From: a virus
Reading direction: 5' to 3' (one strand)
Length of the DNA stretch: 64,000 bases
Virus record (IMG/VR): IMGVR_UViG_3300007512_000012
Span: 46,938 to 110,937 of that record
Part shown: positions 54,798 through 64,000 of the stretch, one piece after another
Layout of the letters: every line of letters starts with the position of its first letter
Position numbering within the stretch: position 1 is the first letter of the stretch
Translations under genes and position numbers: made by a program
The notes under the pieces: model-generated
Database searches by the model: none
Told to the model about the DNA's origin: nothing
What the model saw: only the letters and a program-made list of their open reading frames with translations

Positions 54798-55432
54798 CGC
54801 ATCCTCTCGAACCGCGCCCCTGTCTTCGTCCGCACGATGCGGTAGGCCCGGTTCGAGGCATCCACCAGGGCCGGATTGTGGGTGACCAGCAGGATGTCGA
54901 TGTCCAGCCGCTCGCAGATGAGCTGGAGGAACTCGCCCATGTTCTGGACGTAGTTGCCGTCGAACGCGGGCAGGCTCTCGTCGAGCAGGAGCAGGGGCCG
55001 CAGCCCTCGCCGCTTCATCACGATGATGCGCAGGAGCACCGACATGACGGTGGCGACGGCTCCCCCGAAGGCGTCGTTGGGGACGCCCCGGATGATGGTG
55101 CCGTCCTGGCGTTCCTGCACCGTCACCAGGTCCACGCTGACCTTGCCCCGGAGGATGTTCACCTCGGACTCGACGGAGAGCTTCTGGTCGTGGAACACGG
55201 CCTGAAGGCCCTCGGTCATCAGCTTCTCGACGACCTCGACCCCGGCGGTGACCTCCTTGTCGATGAGGGTGCGCAGGATGCCCTGCACCAGAGCAAGAAG
55301 CTCTGCCTCGTCCTCCAAGTCCTTGATGGCCTTGCGGGTGTCGGCGACCCGCTGAACAGCGGCATCACGGGCACCAGCGAGCCGGTCCGCCTGCGAGCGC
55401 AGGCGGGTCACGTCGGGGAGAGGCTGAAGCAA
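54794..55432 (-). CDS. SbcC/Rad50 ABC-ATPase C-terminal half
   Basis: Coiled coil, FGGA signature variant, LLLLDE Walker B, VTHN H-loop; no Walker A. Confidence 0.85.
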   Translation of the reverse strand: MLQPLPDVTRLRSQADRLAGARDAAVQRVADTRKAIKDLEDEAELLALVQGILRTLIDKEVTAGVEVVEKLMTEGLQAVFHDQKLSVESEVNILRGKVSVDLVTVQERQDGTIIRGVPNDAFGGAVATVMSVLLRIIVMKRRGLRPLLLLDESLPAFDGNYVQNMGEFLQLICERLDIDILLVTHNPALVDASNRAYRIVRTKTGARFERMR

Positions 55433-55442
55433 GAGCCCTCCG

Positions 55443-56594
55443 TCAGCGCAGCCAGGCGAGGATGGTCAGGTAGTCCACCTCGTCGTGCGACGACTTGAAC
55501 TGGACGTAGCCCCGGTCGCCCCGGACGTTGAGGCCGAACTCGATCTCGTCGCCCTTCCACGAGCCCAGCACCTTCGACAGGCAGAAGTGGTCGAGCGCGA
55601 AGCCGGTGTCCGGCATGTCGTCGGCCCCGTCCGCCACCGACATCGAGACGCACTCGACGGGGAGCTTGGTCGCCTTCCCGGCCGTGGTCATCATCGACAG
55701 GACGACGGTGTTGTCCTCCTCGCCCTCGACGAACCGCAGCCGGTTGTCCTCCCACGAGGCCCCGGACACGAGGAAGCCGATGGCCTGCTCCACGTCCGCC
55801 TTGTTGAGCGTCCAGGTGCGCTGGTCCGGCTCGCCCATCTTGGCCTTGAGGCCGGGGAACGGCTTCTGGAACCGGCTCTCGCCGAAGACCGCCCCGTCGC
55901 CCCGGCGGAGGATGAGCATCCGCTCGTGCTCCAGCACCTCGACATCGGTGCCGTCGAAGGTGCCGAGGAACGCGAGGACGCCGTTCACGTCCTTCGTGTG
56001 GACCCGCATCTTCGACTCGTCGAGGCCCTCGACCTTGACGAGCGCGACGGACTTCTTGTCCGACGAGAACAGGATGCCCTTCTGCACCTCGCAGAGGCAC
56101 ATATCGGGCTTCTTCGCCTCGTCCGTGGACGCGAACAGCCGGGAGTAGCTCAGGGCCGACGCCAGCCGCTCGGCCGCCACGGTGGCGGTGAGCTTCGACT
56201 CCTCCAGCGTCTTCGACCAGGTGAACCGCTTGTCCGGCTGGAGGGTCTGGAAGAGCTGCTTGCCCTTCGGGGCCTTCGCGACCACCTCGCCCTCGTCCTC
56301 GTCGAAGCTGAAGGTCAGGGCCGCCTCGGTGACGTGGGAGAGCCACTGCTTGAGCCGCTTGCCCTCGATGGTGAACGTGCCCTTCTGACCGGGGTCCGCC
56401 ACCTTGCCCTTGATGGGGCAGGAGGAGAACACGCGGCCGGAGCAGGTGACCACCTCGACGCCATAGCCGTCCTTCTTCGTCCCCGTCCGCCGGAACACGT
56501 AGTGGGAGGTGATGTCCGTCCCGCTGCTGGACAGGCTCGGGGTCACGACCTGAAGGGCTGCTTCGAGGTCTTGCTTCGCCACCTGGAATCTCAT
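55443..56594 (-). CDS. dnaN: DNA sliding clamp (beta subunit-like)
   Basis: MRFQVAKQDLEAALQVV, 383 aa three-domain pattern, near dnaX. Confidence 0.78.
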   Translation of the reverse strand: MRFQVAKQDLEAALQVVTPSLSSSGTDITSHYVFRRTGTKKDGYGVEVVTCSGRVFSSCPIKGKVADPGQKGTFTIEGKRLKQWLSHVTEAALTFSFDEDEGEVVAKAPKGKQLFQTLQPDKRFTWSKTLEESKLTATVAAERLASALSYSRLFASTDEAKKPDMCLCEVQKGILFSSDKKSVALVKVEGLDESKMRVHTKDVNGVLAFLGTFDGTDVEVLEHERMLILRRGDGAVFGESRFQKPFPGLKAKMGEPDQRTWTLNKADVEQAIGFLVSGASWEDNRLRFVEGEEDNTVVLSMMTTAGKATKLPVECVSMSVADGADDMPDTGFALDHFCLSKVLGSWKGDEIEFGLNVRGDRGYVQFKSSHDEVDYLTILAWLR

Positions 56595-56604
56595 CGACGC
56601 ACTC

Positions 56605-56868
56605 CTACACGAACGGGGCGAGCTTGCCCTCGGCTGCTGTGATGTCCTTCTCGAACGCGGTCACGGCCTTGTCGTACCGCTTCTCCAACTGCGCGATGGC
56701 AGCATCGAGCTTGTCCGGGGGGACGCCCCGTTCGACGCACTCGGCCTCGACCGCTACCACGTCTTCCTGTGCCGCCGAGAGGCGACCCTGGAGACGCTGC
56801 ACCCTCTGGTTGGCCTCGTCTCGACGCTTGATGGCGGCCTGGAGCCGCTTGTGGTTGTGGTCGCTCAT
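56605..56868 (-). CDS. Small coiled-coil protein
   Basis: ATG 56868; two heptad helices around GVPPDKL. Confidence 0.7.
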   Translation of the reverse strand: MSDHNHKRLQAAIKRRDEANQRVQRLQGRLSAAQEDVVAVEAECVERGVPPDKLDAAIAQLEKRYDKAVTAFEKDITAAEGKLAPFV

Positions 56869-56875
56869 GGGCCTT

Positions 56876-57925
56876 CTACTCGTCGCTGGTGACGATGGAC
56901 CCCCCCGGACCCATGCCGAACTGGACGAAGCCGACCTGGCCGTCGAAGAAGGCCTCGCTGGACTTCTTGTTCCGGCGGTTCGCCTTCTTCTGCGCGATGC
57001 GCTCGGGGCAGACCGTCTCGAAGTCGCAGAAGCGGCACTGGCTCGGCACGGGGTTGGCCGGGAACTTCTCGCGCTGCATCCCCCGCAGAGCGTCCCGAGC
57101 CCGCGTCGCGATGCCCTTGAGGTCGTCGCGGTCGAACTCGATCCACTCGACCCCCTGCTCAATCTCGTTGGCCCCCGTGGGCATCCCGTCCTCCCCGATC
57201 TCGGGGATGGTCTCGCCGTCCACGTCGAGCTTCTCGGCCCCGTAGGGGTAGCGGAAGTAGATGAAGCCCAGCCGGTCGGGCATCCGGCGGTAGGACAGGT
57301 AGAAGCAGAGGGCGTACCAGCGGAGCTGGTCGGGGTCGGTGTACGTGATGAGCTTCTGGGGCTGGCCCTTGCGCTTCGGCCCCTTGTACCGGCGGCTGTT
57401 CTTGCCGTCGAGGATGCTGATCTCGTCCTTGCCGTCCACCGACCGGCGGATGATGAGGTCGGCCCGGCCGCCGATGGGCGTCCACTTGTTGACGTAGCAG
57501 GTGAGGTCCACCTCGGAGCGGGCGTAGGGGCCGAGCAGCCGGTGGTGCCGCATCGTCTTCAGGTAGCCCCGGATGCCCGCCTCGATGGTGTCCCACATCT
57601 CGTCACGAGGAGGAGCGAGCCGCCAGTCGATGTGCTTGCTGATGCACAGGCGGCTGAAGTCCTTGCGGGCCTTCTCCAGCAGGCGGTCCACCAGCCCGTG
57701 CTTGTGCTTCCACTCCTCGTCGTTGTAGAGCCACTCCCAGAAGTTCGCGAGCACGATGCCCATCACGGCGTGGTGCTCGGACCGCTTCACGGGCCTCTTC
57801 TTCGGCCGACCCGGTCCCTGACCGAGATCGATGGTGGGCCACCCTCGACCCCACAAGAACCCCTGCGGGCAGTTCTCGTAGGAGGTCATGCTCGACCAGT
57901 ACAGCGTGAATCGTCGCGTGCTCAT
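56876..57925 (-). CDS. PD-(D/E)xK nuclease, Cas4/RecB/AddB-like, with Fe-S cysteines
   Basis: SSMTSYENCP, GRADL, ILDGK, QLRWYA, CRFCDFETVC. Confidence 0.88.
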   Translation of the reverse strand: MSTRRFTLYWSSMTSYENCPQGFLWGRGWPTIDLGQGPGRPKKRPVKRSEHHAVMGIVLANFWEWLYNDEEWKHKHGLVDRLLEKARKDFSRLCISKHIDWRLAPPRDEMWDTIEAGIRGYLKTMRHHRLLGPYARSEVDLTCYVNKWTPIGGRADLIIRRSVDGKDEISILDGKNSRRYKGPKRKGQPQKLITYTDPDQLRWYALCFYLSYRRMPDRLGFIYFRYPYGAEKLDVDGETIPEIGEDGMPTGANEIEQGVEWIEFDRDDLKGIATRARDALRGMQREKFPANPVPSQCRFCDFETVCPERIAQKKANRRNKKSSEAFFDGQVGFVQFGMGPGGSIVTSDE

Positions 57926-57967
57926 CAACACCCCAGCGTCTCTCGTTCGTCTACCCGCTTGGGGCGA

Positions 57968-58744
57968 TCACGAACCCCGCCCGGCCTCCATCGCCTTGAA
58001 CTCGTCGAAGGTGGTGAACATCATCGCCATGTCCCCGTCCGAGGGCACCTGGACTGGGTACTCGCCGATCTCCGAGAAGACATCGAACCCGTCCGTGGCG
58101 ATGTGGCCGAACTGCGTCTTCTGATGGAACTCGCAGAGCAGCTCGACCCCGTTGTCCGTCCGGGGGACCCCGATGATGGGCGTGAGTACCACAGTCACCA
58201 GGGTCACGCCCGACCGTAGCTCGGGGTCGAGCAGCATGAACTTGCGGTCGCTGAACGCCTGGAACTTCGCGTGAAGCTCCTGCGCGCACCGCATGAACTC
58301 GGCCTGGCGGTTCTCCGCAGCGTCGAAGCCGGAGTGGAACAGGTACGAGGGGTTGCGGGGCATCGCCTGGCCGGGGAGATCGCCGGGCACCTGGTCCTTG
58401 ACCAGGCTGCTGACGATGACGCCCTCCTGCCGCCTGTAGCGGATGGCCTCGTCGTCGCCCCCGTCGCCGCGCTTCTGGCGGGCGTCGGCCTCGGCGAACA
58501 CCTGGCCTGCGTCCATCCCGTCATCGCTGCCCTGGACATCCACGTCACCGTGGCCTGCCCAGCCCATCGCCTTGCGCACGCTCTTCTTGAGCGTGTCCTT
58601 GACGACCAGGTGGCGGAGATCCTCGTCGATCTCCAGCCCCTCCATCATCTGCTGGCGGAGGCGACGCAGCTTCTCGGGGTCAACGTGCTCGACCAGAGCT
58701 TTGCGCTGGACGACGACATGGCGGTAGACGGGCCGGGCTTCCAT
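57968..58744 (-). CDS. Hypothetical protein
   Basis: AAGGAG RBS; protein-like composition. Confidence 0.7.
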   Translation of the reverse strand: MEARPVYRHVVVQRKALVEHVDPEKLRRLRQQMMEGLEIDEDLRHLVVKDTLKKSVRKAMGWAGHGDVDVQGSDDGMDAGQVFAEADARQKRGDGGDDEAIRYRRQEGVIVSSLVKDQVPGDLPGQAMPRNPSYLFHSGFDAAENRQAEFMRCAQELHAKFQAFSDRKFMLLDPELRSGVTLVTVVLTPIIGVPRTDNGVELLCEFHQKTQFGHIATDGFDVFSEIGEYPVQVPSDGDMAMMFTTFDEFKAMEAGRGS

Positions 58745-58788
58745 CGGGGCTCCTTTGCACGGAGCACCCTACCCACAAGCCCACCAGG

Positions 58789-59139
58789 TCAGTGCAGGAC
58801 GGGCTCGTCCTCGTCCTTCTTGCCGAAGATGCGGTCCCAGTTGGCCGCGAACTGCTCGTGCGACACCGACATCGGCTTCCGGCCGCCGCTGCCCTGGGGG
58901 GCCGGAGCCTCGTACAACGTCTCGCAGTCGAACGCGGGGCTGTCTTCGCGGGGCTTCATGTGGATGAGGTCGGCACCGGGCGGGAGAGGCACCCCGTCCT
59001 TCGCGGGCATCAGGACGCCGAGGGACGCCTCCTTCGGACCGGAGTCGTCGCCGCGAATGCGCAGCAGGTGGGGCCGTCCCTGGTCGTCGGGGGCGAGTGG
59101 GATGGCGATCTCGCGAGTTGTCTTGCTGTCATCGCTCAT
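58789..59139 (-). CDS. Hypothetical protein
   Basis: GGAGG RBS; C-terminal FAANWDRIFGKK motif common in small phage proteins. Confidence 0.7.
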   Translation of the reverse strand: MSDDSKTTREIAIPLAPDDQGRPHLLRIRGDDSGPKEASLGVLMPAKDGVPLPPGADLIHMKPREDSPAFDCETLYEAPAPQGSGGRKPMSVSHEQFAANWDRIFGKKDEDEPVLH

Positions 59140-59156
59140 GGGGCACCTCCCCCAGA

Positions 59157-59339
59157 CTACTCGGTCCCGCCTGCTCCTGAGCCCCTTTCCGCGTGGTAGG
59201 CCTTGCAGTTGCCGCAGTAGCGGTGGTCCACATCGTTACGGTTGTACGACTTCATGTCGCACCGCAAGCAGGTGATGGTGAACCCGCCAAGGGCCTTCTC
59301 GTCCGGTTCGATGACGTAGCCCTCGGTGATCTCGTCCAT
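59157..59339 (-). CDS. Small zinc-finger protein
   Basis: ITCLRC..KSYN.ND...RYCGNC..YH. Confidence 0.7.
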   Translation of the reverse strand: MDEITEGYVIEPDEKALGGFTITCLRCDMKSYNRNDVDHRYCGNCKAYHAERGSGAGGTE

Positions 59340-60337
59340 CAGGAGACACCCTCGGCTTCGAGGTAGAGCAGCGTCCGCTCACGCACCGGCTCGGGCATGT
59401 CCATCCCGCGCACCTCGTCGAGCAGGGGCGGGCGGGTCTTCTGCTCGAAGGTCGCCTTCACCGACTCGACGAAGGCGTCCACGGTCATCTCCCTGGCCTC
59501 CTGCCGGGTCCGGCCTTCCAGGTCGAACACCTCGTCGGCGGGCTGCACGTCCAGGGCACGCCGCTCGACGGTGAACCCCTTCTTGTCGAAGCGGAGGATC
59601 GCCACCTCGGGGACGCGGGCCACGTCGTCCTGCGACAACGCTCCTCGGGTCAGGCTCCCGATGTTGACGATGGCCTTGCGGCCCTTCTCGTAGACGCCCT
59701 GGTTCTTGTGCCAGTGGCCGAAGCACCACACGTCGGGGTCCAGGTTGAGGATGTCGGCGTAGCGCACGATGTCCTCGGAGCCGAACATCTCCCCGCCCGC
59801 CTGGCTGGCGAGCAGGTGGGCAGCCACCACCAGATGACGTTCCTTGCCCTTCGTGATGGTCGTCAGCCGGTTCATGTCGTAGCTCTTGCCGTGGTACGGC
59901 ACGCCGACGACCCGGACGCTGTTGACCCGGACGCTGGGCTCCCCATCCGGGTGCTCGAACTCCTCGAAGGTGTGGCCCTCATCCTCGTCGAGCAGCCGGA
60001 ACACGCCCGTCTCGAACAGGACGCCGAGCGGGGCCTCGTTGATGTAGTCCCCGTCGCCGTACTTCACGTCGTGGTTGCCGTTGCGCACGGCGTACACCGG
60101 GCAGGGGTACTCGGAGTGGACCGCCGCGACCCGCTGGATCAGCTCGTGGGACGTGCGGCTGGGCGTCTTGATGTGGAAGAAGTCTCCACCATCGAGGACG
60201 GCCGCAGCCCCCACCTCCCGAGCGATCTCGCCGACCTGGCGGAGCTTCCCGAGCACCGTCTCGGCCCAGTCATCGGTCCGAGACTGCGGCGACTTCACCG
60301 CCAGATGCACGTCCGTTCGCCAGACCAGCGTGATCAT
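59339..60337 (-). CDS. SbcD/Mre11-like metallophosphoesterase nuclease
   Basis: TDVH, GGDFFH, GNHD, AAH, GHWH, NIGSL.R. Confidence 0.9.
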   Translation of the reverse strand: MITLVWRTDVHLAVKSPQSRTDDWAETVLGKLRQVGEIAREVGAAAVLDGGDFFHIKTPSRTSHELIQRVAAVHSEYPCPVYAVRNGNHDVKYGDGDYINEAPLGVLFETGVFRLLDEDEGHTFEEFEHPDGEPSVRVNSVRVVGVPYHGKSYDMNRLTTITKGKERHLVVAAHLLASQAGGEMFGSEDIVRYADILNLDPDVWCFGHWHKNQGVYEKGRKAIVNIGSLTRGALSQDDVARVPEVAILRFDKKGFTVERRALDVQPADEVFDLEGRTRQEAREMTVDAFVESVKATFEQKTRPPLLDEVRGMDMPEPVRERTLLYLEAEGVS

Positions 60338-60340
60338 CGG

Positions 60341-60961
60341 CTACCCCTTCGCGGCCAGCGTGGTGTGCCGCTCGTAGCTCCGGCGGATGGACCGGATGAA
60401 CCCGCCCACCTTGGTCGCGTAGGTCGTCGAGCCGTTGTACTCGCGCAGCACCCGGCACATGGTCGGGGTCCGCCTCTGGCCCCACTTGCAGGCGTCCTTG
60501 CCCGTGTGCAGGCCCCAGTGGCGGCGGTGCTTCTTGAGCACCCGCGAGCGGGCGAGCCGGATGGCCCGGACCCCGGCTCTCTCCGGGTTGATGCAGCCGC
60601 CCTTGCCGTCGTCCAGGTCGCCGTAGGGCTTGCAGTGGTAGCCGGGGATGACCTGCATCCGGCCGACCTCCCCGTCCCCGCCCTTGCCGACGTTCTGGCG
60701 GAAGTTCGACTCGTTGTAGGCGATGGCGATGGACGCGAAGGTCACGTCCTCCCCGTGCGGGGCGGCCAGGGTCGCGATCTCGACGCACGAGGCGAGGCGT
60801 CGCTGGATCTTCGGGTGGCTGAAGTCGCCCTTCTCGGCGTACTTGCCCTCCACGTAGCGCATGTCCTTGAGGACCATCGAGGCAGCCTCGCAGGCCTCCT
60901 GCGGGTCCACAGCCTCGGGTGCGACGACGACCAGGGCGGCGAGCAGAATGGCGGACATCAT
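60341..60961 (-). CDS. SLT-type lytic transglycosylase with signal peptide
   Basis: Hydrophobic N-terminus; IAYNESNF, GEVGRMQV, YNG. Confidence 0.8.
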   Translation of the reverse strand: MMSAILLAALVVVAPEAVDPQEACEAASMVLKDMRYVEGKYAEKGDFSHPKIQRRLASCVEIATLAAPHGEDVTFASIAIAYNESNFRQNVGKGGDGEVGRMQVIPGYHCKPYGDLDDGKGGCINPERAGVRAIRLARSRVLKKHRRHWGLHTGKDACKWGQRRTPTMCRVLREYNGSTTYATKVGGFIRSIRRSYERHTTLAAKG

Positions 60962-62055
60962 GGCGTAGCTCCTTCTGCGGCTTCCTGCCGCATCTCCGTT
61001 CCACAGGTGGGGCACTGACCGATTTCCGCCAGAGCCGCACTCGCAGCGGTCGTGGCTTCTACCAGTTGTGCCTGCCCCTGATCCAAATCAGTCTGCCGAG
61101 CCACCACCGCGTTCTCCGCCTGCCTGAGCCTGTCGCGGAGCCCTTCGAGCACCTGAAGGGCTGCCAGCACGCGCTCGGGGCGGCTTTCGTCCACCTCCAC
61201 CAGCACGTCGTCGATGCCCGCGTACTTGTCCACCTCGGACCGAGCCGCGACCAGCCGGTCACGAAGCCCACGAAGGTCATCCAGCTCGTCCTGAAGCTCC
61301 AGCACCGATGAGGCGTCGGGAACCTCGATGTCGGCCACCGGCTCCAGCTTCTCGACCTCGGCACGGGCATCGACGAGCTTGTCGTTCAGGTGGACCAGCC
61401 GCTCCACCGCCCGGCGGACCGTCTCGACCTTCGTCCGCTTGGTCGCCAGGGCCTCCACAGCGACCAGGGCGTCGTCGAGGCCGTCGAACGCCTGCGCCTC
61501 GGCCTCGTGCTCCACCAGGTCGCTCGCCCGCACCTTGAGGGCAGCGGCGGCCTGGCGGCGGTCGCTCTCGGATGCACGGAGAGCCCGGTTGAGCTGGCCC
61601 ACCCGCTCCACGTCGGCGACGGCCTCGGCAACCGCCGACCCCGGCCGGTCGAGCAAGAACACCTGGCCGGTGAACTGCGGGGCGACGGTGGGCCACACGT
61701 CCTGGCCGCCCGCCTGGATGGGGACGACCCCGAACGCGGCCACCTCGTCGGGGACGGCCGAGCCAGGGTGGATCGGGTCGCCGTCGTTGATGACGTAGGT
61801 GGGCCGGTCGCGCTTGCCGGTCCCCTTCTCCCAGCGGACCTTGCCGTCCTCGCCGAAGTCCACCTCGACGGAGCACCGCTTCTCGCCGTGGCGGATGAAG
61901 GCGGTGCCCCCGGTGTTCTGGAAGACGCCTCGAACAGCCCGCTGGAGCGCAGTCTTGCCCGAGTTGTTCGTCCCGTGGACCGCCGTGAAGCGGGCCACTT
62001 CGACTTCAGCCTCTCGGATCGACTGGAAGTTCTGGACTCGGATCGTGACGGGCAT
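60958..62055 (-). CDS. SbcC/Rad50 N-terminal half ending at the zinc hook
   Basis: VQNFQS, GTNNSGKT Walker A, Q-loop, coiled coil, CPTCG at the C-terminus. Confidence 0.87.
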   Translation of the reverse strand: MPVTIRVQNFQSIREAEVEVARFTAVHGTNNSGKTALQRAVRGVFQNTGGTAFIRHGEKRCSVEVDFGEDGKVRWEKGTGKRDRPTYVINDGDPIHPGSAVPDEVAAFGVVPIQAGGQDVWPTVAPQFTGQVFLLDRPGSAVAEAVADVERVGQLNRALRASESDRRQAAAALKVRASDLVEHEAEAQAFDGLDDALVAVEALATKRTKVETVRRAVERLVHLNDKLVDARAEVEKLEPVADIEVPDASSVLELQDELDDLRGLRDRLVAARSEVDKYAGIDDVLVEVDESRPERVLAALQVLEGLRDRLRQAENAVVARQTDLDQGQAQLVEATTAASAALAEIGQCPTCGTEMRQEAAEGATP

Positions 62056-62072
62056 GGGTCACCCTACCCCCG

Positions 62073-63287
62073 TCAGTCGGTTACGAAGCCCAGGGCCTCA
62101 TCCACGTCGTCCTCGTCGTCCTGCACGGCCTTGACGGAGTTCTTGCCCCCGGCCCGGATGGCCGTGACCACCTTCTCGGCCAGCTCGTCGTAGGCCCCCG
62201 CCGTCGAGAGGATGTCCTCCTTGAAGTTCAGGGCACCCTGCGAGCGGACGGACGTGCCGTTGCCCATCTCGAAGGCGTACCAGGCCCCGCCCTTCACCAC
62301 GATGCCGTGGGCCACGCCGACCGCGATCAGGTCGCGGACGTTGTCGATGCCCTCGCCGAAGGTGATGTGGTACTCGGCCTCCCGCTGCTGGCTGTTGGAC
62401 ACCTTCGACTTCTTGATGGTGGCCTTGATGAGGGCCGACGTGGCCCGCTCGATCTGCTTGTGGGTCAGGGCGTCGTAGTCCTTCGACTTGAGGCTCTTCA
62501 CCCGGCGGAAGCTCACGCGGATGTTGCTGTAGAACTTCCACGCCTCGCCGCCCTGGTGGGTGCTGCCGTCACCGCCGTAGCCGCCCGTGTTGATCTTCTT
62601 GCGAAGCTGGGACAGGCCCATGATGTGGCTGCCGGACTCGGCGATGTCCCCGGCGAGCTGCGGCAGGACCAGGGACCACTTCGCGGCCACCAGCCCGACC
62701 CGGCCCATCTCGCCCTTGTCTTCGAGGGCCTGCTTGCGGATGGCCTTCGGCACCCCGGCACCCACGCTGTCGAGGATGATGAGGTCCACCCCGGCCCGAG
62801 CGCAGGCGAACAGGACGGAGAGCCCGGCCTCCAGCGTGTTCGGCTGGACCAGGTAGAAGCGGTCGGGGTCCTCCACCGGGCACCCGAGCGCGGAGGCGTA
62901 GTCGAGGCTGATGGCGTGCTCCCAGTCGATGAAGCACACCAGCCCACCGTTCGCACAGACAGCCGCAGCGGCCTCCAGGGCGACGGTGGTCTTGCCGCTC
63001 GACTCGTGGCCGAAGATGTTGCTGATCATCCCCTTCGGCCAGCCGGGGCACGGGGGGACGCCCTGCTTGTTGAGGGCTCCGCCGATGAGGTAGTCGAGCA
63101 CGACCGACCCGGAGGTGATGTGCGGGCGGCTCTCCGTGAGCTGGTTGCTGTCCACCGTGACGGTGGGGTCGTCGTCCTTGAGCACCTTCTTGACGACGGT
63201 GCGAACGGACGCCAGCGCGGAGGCCGAAGGCTTCGCCGACTTCTTCCGGGTCGCCTTCTTCCGGGTCGTGGTCTTCTTCTCAGCCAT
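62073..63287 (-). CDS. recA: RecA recombinase
   Basis: SGSVVLD, GHESSGKTT, FIDWEHA, ILDSV, SQLR.KI, GGEAWKFYS. Confidence 0.95.
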   Translation of the reverse strand: MAEKKTTTRKKATRKKSAKPSASALASVRTVVKKVLKDDDPTVTVDSNQLTESRPHITSGSVVLDYLIGGALNKQGVPPCPGWPKGMISNIFGHESSGKTTVALEAAAAVCANGGLVCFIDWEHAISLDYASALGCPVEDPDRFYLVQPNTLEAGLSVLFACARAGVDLIILDSVGAGVPKAIRKQALEDKGEMGRVGLVAAKWSLVLPQLAGDIAESGSHIMGLSQLRKKINTGGYGGDGSTHQGGEAWKFYSNIRVSFRRVKSLKSKDYDALTHKQIERATSALIKATIKKSKVSNSQQREAEYHITFGEGIDNVRDLIAVGVAHGIVVKGGAWYAFEMGNGTSVRSQGALNFKEDILSTAGAYDELAEKVVTAIRAGGKNSVKAVQDDEDDVDEALGFVTD

Positions 63288-63948
63288 CGTCGTCCTCGTC
63301 TCCTGCCCACCGGAAGAACCGCTCGTCCTCGCGGTAGAGGATGCCCTTCTTCTCGGTCTGGCCTGCACGCTTGCCGCGCTTGTAGGTGTGGATCTTCCTG
63401 AACTGCTTCCGCTCGGTTGGAGTCAGGTCTTGCTCACCGACTACCCCGTCCAGGTGCAACCAGAACCGGGCCGCCGAACGCGCAACCCAGTAGGCGTCTG
63501 CCTCGTTGTGGTTCCACCGGCCGACTCCTCCGGTCGCCTCCCGAGCCGCCTCCACCATGTCCGGCTTGCCCATGACCCAGAGCTTCCCGCCCGGCGACGG
63601 CCGGTCGAGGAAGGTGCGGGCGTGGGCCTTCACCTGCGGGGGCGCGAAGAACACGAGGTCCACCTTCGCCGCCCGCAGAGCCTCGCAGGTGTAGAGGAAC
63701 AACCCGTACATCCCTTCGGACCACAGGTCGTTGAAGATCGGGTATTCGCAGCCGACGCGCGTGACCCCGAGCCGCTCCACGAGGGCGGCTACGTTCGACC
63801 GCATCTCGATGTAGCGGTCGATGAACAACATCTTGGCGGAGGTCTGGAACCGCCCCCTCTCGGGGCACAGATCACGGCCCTCCGCCTCGGTGTCGTGAAC
63901 CGCCCACCCGAAGTTGGTGAGGGACGGGTCCAGCCCGAGCACGCGCAT
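63280..63948 (-). CDS. ruvC: RuvC-like Holliday junction resolvase
   Basis: MRVLGLDPSLTNFGW, GCE, PPQVK, NEADA. Confidence 0.87.
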   Translation of the reverse strand: MRVLGLDPSLTNFGWAVHDTEAEGRDLCPERGRFQTSAKMLFIDRYIEMRSNVAALVERLGVTRVGCEYPIFNDLWSEGMYGLFLYTCEALRAAKVDLVFFAPPQVKAHARTFLDRPSPGGKLWVMGKPDMVEAAREATGGVGRWNHNEADAYWVARSAARFWLHLDGVVGEQDLTPTERKQFRKIHTYKRGKRAGQTEKKGILYREDERFFRWAGDEDDDG

Positions 63949-64000
63949 GGGGATCTCCTCGACGCCTCGGGGGGCGGACCATCAGGCCCGCCCCCCGAGT

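Noticed and set aside
56876-57925. Cas4-like gene as part of a CRISPR-Cas system
   Set aside because: No repeat-spacer array or other cas genes seen; solo Cas4/RecB nucleases are common in phage recombination modules

Overview
This 64-kb window is from a large, high-GC tailed phage (jumbo-phage-like), with nearly all real genes on the minus strand; the long plus-strand ORFs are antisense shadows. From the right end it contains a recombination/replication module: RuvC, RecA, a split SbcC/Rad50 plus SbcD, a solo Cas4/RecB-like nuclease, beta clamp, primase and DnaX. Next come a NusG-like factor and a sigma-region-4 protein. A head/packaging module follows: terminase, portal, a 2805-aa multi-enzyme polyprotein, prohead protease, EF-hand scaffold, decoration protein and HK97-fold major capsid protein. 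The left part holds paralogous virion-protein families and accessory genes (HAD nucleotidase, vWA protein, dCTP deaminase). Four observations stand out. (1) The polyprotein joins an intein-containing CCA-type nucleotidyltransferase, a 2H phosphoesterase, two GNATs and topoisomerase IB, with [KR]-x-[AG] motifs at its domain boundaries. It shares an R-[VL]-A-x-R-[YW] motif with other late proteins, which suggests a protease-processed, capsid-packaged enzyme cargo system. (2) A roughly 470-nt GNRA-rich structured non-coding region has its own promoter and terminator. (3) A 97-bp segment inside the nucleotidase gene, bounded by a perfect 10-bp inverted repeat, is inverted and open in both orientations. 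(4) An 8-copy CCTAT-N12-RTAG motif precedes late genes. All assignments come from motif reading by eye; no database searches were run.
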